Shown: in pieces, positions 49,114 through 52,937 of the stretch
Position numbering within the stretch: the stretch's first letter is position 1
Layout of the letters: each line of letters begins with the position of its first letter
Source: a virus
Taxonomy: Duplodnaviria > Caudoviricetes
Reading direction: 5' to 3' (one strand)
Virus record (IMG/VR): IMGVR_UViG_3300025652_000098
Span: 1 to 52,937 of that record
DNA: 52,937 bases
Notes under the pieces: generated by a model
The model's database searches: none
Seen by the model: the letters and a program-made list of their open reading frames with translations, nothing else
Told to the model about the DNA's origin: nothing
Position numbers and translations under genes: made by a program

Positions 49114-49830
49114 ATGTTAGATGTGGTACAAATCAGCTACAATGAAGAACAAGCTGATGAAAATTTTGAAATCTTGAAAATGTTTGCGCCCGATGCTAAG
49201 CGTGTCGTAGGCGTAAAAGGTATTCTTAATGCTCACCGAGCAGCCGCGGAGATTGCTGAAACAAAACATTTTTATGTAATTGATGCCGACGCCATCATTG
49301 ACGAATCATTTAACTTTACATTTCGGCCTAATCCCAATAAAAAAGAATACGACCATATTCCGCAAACAGAATGTATATATGTTTGGCGCAGTAGAAATCC
49401 AGTAAATGACTTAGTGTATGGTTATGGCGGTGCAAAGTTATTCCCGCGCAAAGAAATGCTCCAAGCTAAAACATGGAATGTTGATATGACTACATCTATT
49501 GGTTGTGTGTTTGTGCCTAAATTCCAAGTCAGCAATATTACTGGGTTCAATACCAATCCATTCGAAACATGGAAAAGCGCATTTAGAGAATGTACTAAAT
49601 TGTCTAGTAGTGTTATTCCAAATGGAGATAATATGGACAACGAATACAGGTTGGATGTATGGTGTAGCAGAGGCGCTTCTCGTCCTTTTGGCGAGTATTG
49701 TATTATGGGCGCTAATCAAGGAAAAGACTTCGGAAATTATTATAGAAATTCTCCAAAGACACTTGCGAGAATCAATGACTTTGACTGGCTAAAAGAGCAA
49801 TATGATTTGGCTATGTGTGAGGAAGTATGA
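49114..49830 (+). CDS. GT-A fold glycosyltransferase (GT2-like), paralog of 30042-31025
   Basis: DVVQISYNE, AHRAAA, VIDADAII, NPVNDLVYGYGGAK, TWKSAFRECTK. Confidence 0.72.
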   Translation: MLDVVQISYNEEQADENFEILKMFAPDAKRVVGVKGILNAHRAAAEIAETKHFYVIDADAIIDESFNFTFRPNPNKKEYDHIPQTECIYVWRSRNPVNDLVYGYGGAKLFPRKEMLQAKTWNVDMTTSIGCVFVPKFQVSNITGFNTNPFETWKSAFRECTKLSSSVIPNGDNMDNEYRLDVWCSRGASRPFGEYCIMGANQGKDFGNYYRNSPKTLARINDFDWLKEQYDLAMCEEV

Positions 49831-50771
49831 TCGAAGACAATCCATCTTTGCCAATCGCTCTACATGAATTGCTAGACCGATACGAAATATTGTATCCGCA
49901 AATAGATGAGCTTGCTGATCTACGCCGGGCATACATCGACAAAGACCTTAGTAGTGTGTTTAGATTATTATCTGGTGATGTAACTGGCGACATTGAAGAA
50001 TTACGCAAGGCAGTTCTAGAACAAAACCTACATAGTATTTTTAGACTGGTTATAGACGAAGATTTGCGTAAATTATTACTAGAGGACAATACCTGGAAAC
50101 TGTGGCCAGTTTTGGACAGATATATTGATACGCAATTTACCGCAGCATTCAAAAGTTTTTATGTCAACAAAAAAGTTATTGACACCGATTGCTTTAGTCG
50201 AGGACAATTAGAAAGCAAGCAGTGGCTGGTTGACGAACTTAGCCAGTATCACTCACTTGATTTAGGCACAGTATTTCTTTGTGCTGGATGGTATGCTACA
50301 TTAGCTACTATGCTGTTTGAAAGCGACATTAAGGTAGACAAAATCCGCAGCTTTGATTTAGATCCTACTTGTGTAGACATTGCTGAAACATTTAACAAGC
50401 CATGGTTTATGAAACAATGGCGCTTCAAAAGTATCACACAAGATATCATGGACGTTGATTACGATGAACACACATGGGAATACTGGAGCAATGCCAATAA
50501 CAGAATGAGTCGACCTATAACAGATACGCCAGATACAATCATTAATACAAGCTGTGAACATATCCCTGACTTTGCTGAATGGTATGCTAAGATTCCAGCT
50601 GGCAAGTTAGTAGTGCTACAAAGCAACAACTTCTTTGAAGTAGAGGAGCATGTTAACTGCGTAAATGATATAGAAGAATTTAAAGCACAAGCACCTATGA
50701 CCAGGGTGTTGTATGATGGCAAACTAGAATTGCCCAAGTATACGAGGTTTATGTTAATTGGAAGAAAGTAG
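49827..50771 (+). CDS. Putative SAM-dependent methyltransferase with N-terminal helical repeats
   Basis: VFLCAGWYA (motif I-like), IRSFDLD, QDI and IINTSCEH. Confidence 0.6.
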   Translation: MIEDNPSLPIALHELLDRYEILYPQIDELADLRRAYIDKDLSSVFRLLSGDVTGDIEELRKAVLEQNLHSIFRLVIDEDLRKLLLEDNTWKLWPVLDRYIDTQFTAAFKSFYVNKKVIDTDCFSRGQLESKQWLVDELSQYHSLDLGTVFLCAGWYATLATMLFESDIKVDKIRSFDLDPTCVDIAETFNKPWFMKQWRFKSITQDIMDVDYDEHTWEYWSNANNRMSRPITDTPDTIINTSCEHIPDFAEWYAKIPAGKLVVLQSNNFFEVEEHVNCVNDIEEFKAQAPMTRVLYDGKLELPKYTRFMLIGRK

Positions 50772-50991
50772 TATAAATGATTTAACATTGCGACAGTTAC
50801 AGACTGAAAGCGCAAGAGCATTAAGTACGATGGAAGCTACAAATAATAATATTTGGAAGTTTAATAAATTAGCACATCACGACAGTCAGAAATGGTATCG
50901 TGCTGTTATTGAATGGTACGTTGATGAATACGGTGGCTTGCCCAGTAAATATGGACCAGGCAAAGATGTAAAGTTGGTACTAGATGAGTAA
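50758..50991 (+). CDS. Hypothetical protein (77 aa)
   Basis: Fills the operon gap with overlaps at both ends. Confidence 0.55.
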   Translation: MEESSINDLTLRQLQTESARALSTMEATNNNIWKFNKLAHHDSQKWYRAVIEWYVDEYGGLPSKYGPGKDVKLVLDE

Positions 50992-51679
50992 AACAATATT
51001 CGTAATAGGCTGTAGCTATAGTCATCACGATTCGAATTTAGAGCCGGAACAGTCTTGGCCAGCTATATTGGCAGAAACTACCGGATATAAAATTATTAAC
51101 GGGAGTCTTCCTGGCAGCAGCAATGACAGTTATTTTCGTAGACTATTAGAGATGGAATCTCTATTTGGAAAACCTGATCAGGTTATTATTCAGATTACGA
51201 GTCCTAACCGAATAATGAGTTTACGAGGTTTAGGACCAATGTATGAGATTGAGAAAATCAACAAAAACTACTACGCTGACCTTATTCAGTATATTAAACC
51301 GTCTGTGTTCTATATGACAGCAGGCGGAATAACAGACTCTCGCAGACTTGATAATATATGTAGAGATTATGACTTGCCAAAGCGACAGATAGAAAATTGG
51401 TATAGTATCGAGTCAGATGATCAACACGGAAAAATGAAAATGATTAAAGAAATAAAATTGCTAGAATTGTATTGTAATAATGTTGTTACGTTCCAATGGA
51501 ATCGTGATGATTCGGAAATTCTATTGGAACCAATAAATCATTTAGGATCTATACAACATACTATATTGAAGCATTCGTTTCATGATTATGTTGTTTCTAA
51601 ATATGATGATCATTACGATGATCATTTTACATTACTCGGTCACAAGAAGGTTGCAGAAATAATGGAAAACCATGTATAA
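50984..51679 (+). CDS. SGNH/GDSL-like protein
   Basis: IGCSYS, SWPAILA, GSSN, VIIQITSPNR, DDHF...GH. Confidence 0.65.
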   Translation: MSKTIFVIGCSYSHHDSNLEPEQSWPAILAETTGYKIINGSLPGSSNDSYFRRLLEMESLFGKPDQVIIQITSPNRIMSLRGLGPMYEIEKINKNYYADLIQYIKPSVFYMTAGGITDSRRLDNICRDYDLPKRQIENWYSIESDDQHGKMKMIKEIKLLELYCNNVVTFQWNRDDSEILLEPINHLGSIQHTILKHSFHDYVVSKYDDHYDDHFTLLGHKKVAEIMENHV

Positions 51680-52754
51680 CTATACTGATATACGAGAAGT
51701 GCACCTAGAAGTAACGCAAAGGTGCCAAGCAGCGTGTCCTATGTGTGACCGCAATGAGAATGGCGGCGCAGACAACAGGCATATTAATAACAGTGAGCTT
51801 AGTTTGGCTGACTGTAAACGTATCTTTCCGCCTGAGTTTATTAAACAGTTAAAGACAATGTACATGTGTGGCAACCTAGGTGATCCTATTGTTGCTAAAG
51901 ATACACTAGATATATTTCGTTACTTTAGACTACACAACCCTACGATGTGGCTAAGTATGAATACTAATGCGGGAGCAAAAGATGAACAATGGTGGAGAAA
52001 GTTGGCTGAAGTTTTTGGACGGATGGGCACTGTTATATTTTCGGTGGACGGTTTGCGTGATACTAATCATCTTTATAGGCAAAATGTCGTGTGGGACAAC
52101 GTGGAGCGAAACATGCGGGCCTTTATTGACGCGGGCGGTAGAGCACGTTGGGATTACATTATATTCGGGCACAACGAACACCAAGTAGCGGAAGCTGAAG
52201 CACTTGCCGCTGAATGGGGATGTGAAAAGTTTCAGAAGAAGAAAAGCGGTAGATTCTTCACTGCCAAGAATACAGGCAAAGACAAGCACCAAGCCCAAAA
52301 CCGTAAAGGTAATGACACGCAACTGATAGAAAAGCCAGCGGCAATAGACAATCAAAACTTAGCACTACTAAAACAAAAAGAGATCGAAAAGTCTTATGGC
52401 AGTATGCGTGAGTATTATGATACATGCGATATTAAATGTAAGGTAATTGAGAATAAAAGTATTTTCATTACGGCAGAGGGCTTATTAATGCCGTGCTGCT
52501 GGACTGCGGGACGCATGTATAAATGGTGGCACAAAGATTATCGTGTAGAACAAATATGGGATTTCATTGATGACGCCGGCGGCAAAGCGGGCATTAGCGT
52601 AATAGATAACACTATCGAATCAGTTATGAATGGAAGAATGCTTGACAAGATGGAACAAAGCTGGTACAAAGACAGCATCAGTAATGGCAAACTAGGCGTA
52701 TGTGCGCAGAAATGCGGAAGCGAGTTTGATCCATTTGGCGAACAGTTTAAGTAA
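51672..52754 (+). CDS. Radical SAM protein with C-terminal twitch/SPASM-type cysteines (rSAM9)
   Basis: CQAACPMC, CGNLGDP, SVDG. C-terminal IKC...PCC...CAQKC. Confidence 0.9.
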   Translation: MYNYTDIREVHLEVTQRCQAACPMCDRNENGGADNRHINNSELSLADCKRIFPPEFIKQLKTMYMCGNLGDPIVAKDTLDIFRYFRLHNPTMWLSMNTNAGAKDEQWWRKLAEVFGRMGTVIFSVDGLRDTNHLYRQNVVWDNVERNMRAFIDAGGRARWDYIIFGHNEHQVAEAEALAAEWGCEKFQKKKSGRFFTAKNTGKDKHQAQNRKGNDTQLIEKPAAIDNQNLALLKQKEIEKSYGSMREYYDTCDIKCKVIENKSIFITAEGLLMPCCWTAGRMYKWWHKDYRVEQIWDFIDDAGGKAGISVIDNTIESVMNGRMLDKMEQSWYKDSISNGKLGVCAQKCGSEFDPFGEQFK

Positions 52755-52937
52755 TGTATACCAACGAGACTGTTAACATATTAGAAGTAGAACTAACTAC
52801 CTACTGTAACGCTCACTGTGGCGCATGTGATAGAAATATCCAGGGAGGAGCCTTTAATCCTAAACTACCATTGCGACACATGACATACGACACTTGGCGC
52901 AAATTAATCACCTCTGAAAATTTATCGCATGTGAGTA
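52754..52937 (+). CDS. Radical SAM protein (rSAM10), N-terminal part, runs off the window
   Basis: TAATG overlap. MYTNETVNILEVELTTYCNAHCGACDRN resembles the rSAM9 N-terminus. Confidence 0.85.
   Translation, partial: MYTNETVNILEVELTTYCNAHCGACDRNIQGGAFNPKLPLRHMTYDTWRKLITSENLSHVS

Noticed and set aside
582-52355. Numerous 60-160 aa antisense and alternate-frame ORFs in the track
   Set aside because: They lie inside or overlap long, motif-bearing genes, lack recognisable motifs and look like shadow ORFs.
51672-52937. rSAM9/10 as QueE, NrdG or MoaA
   Set aside because: No queC/queD/folE, nrdD or moa genes in the window; the CGNLGDP motif and C-terminal cysteines do not identify those enzymes.
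1-52937. tRNAs, introns, inteins, reverse transcriptase/DGR, Rho-independent terminators, stop-codon recoding
   Set aside because: None recognised by eye; intergenic gaps are short and long ORFs are intact in the standard code. A covariance-model scan would be needed to exclude small RNAs.

Overview
This window is part of a large T4-superfamily-like (myovirus/jumbo-type) phage genome with standard genetic code and dense, translationally coupled genes. On the minus strand (1-3011) are the start of gp46, an inserted HNH endonuclease, gp47 and an enlarged gp55 late sigma factor, the last two behind near-consensus sigma70 promoters. On the plus strand (3110-26863) is a late baseplate/tail module: HxGH nucleotidyltransferase, tube/gp53/hub/gp5/degenerate lysozyme/gp25/gp6, a 3432-aa gp7-like protein and fibre-like proteins. 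Two of these structural proteins show nested 'Russian-doll' repeat domains. From 26929 to the end (>26 kb, still open) is a co-oriented biosynthetic-like cluster. It holds at least 10 radical SAM genes (8 with an N-terminal twitch domain) plus a decayed fragment of another, 4 glycosyltransferases, a NodU/CmcH carbamoyltransferase with a 29-aa partner ORF, 2 methyltransferase-like proteins, 2 SGNH-like proteins, a 2OG-Fe(II) oxygenase and a nucleotidyltransferase-kinase fusion. The product is unknown: virion glycan/protein decoration or DNA hypermodification are the main options. All assignments come from manual motif reading; no searches were run.
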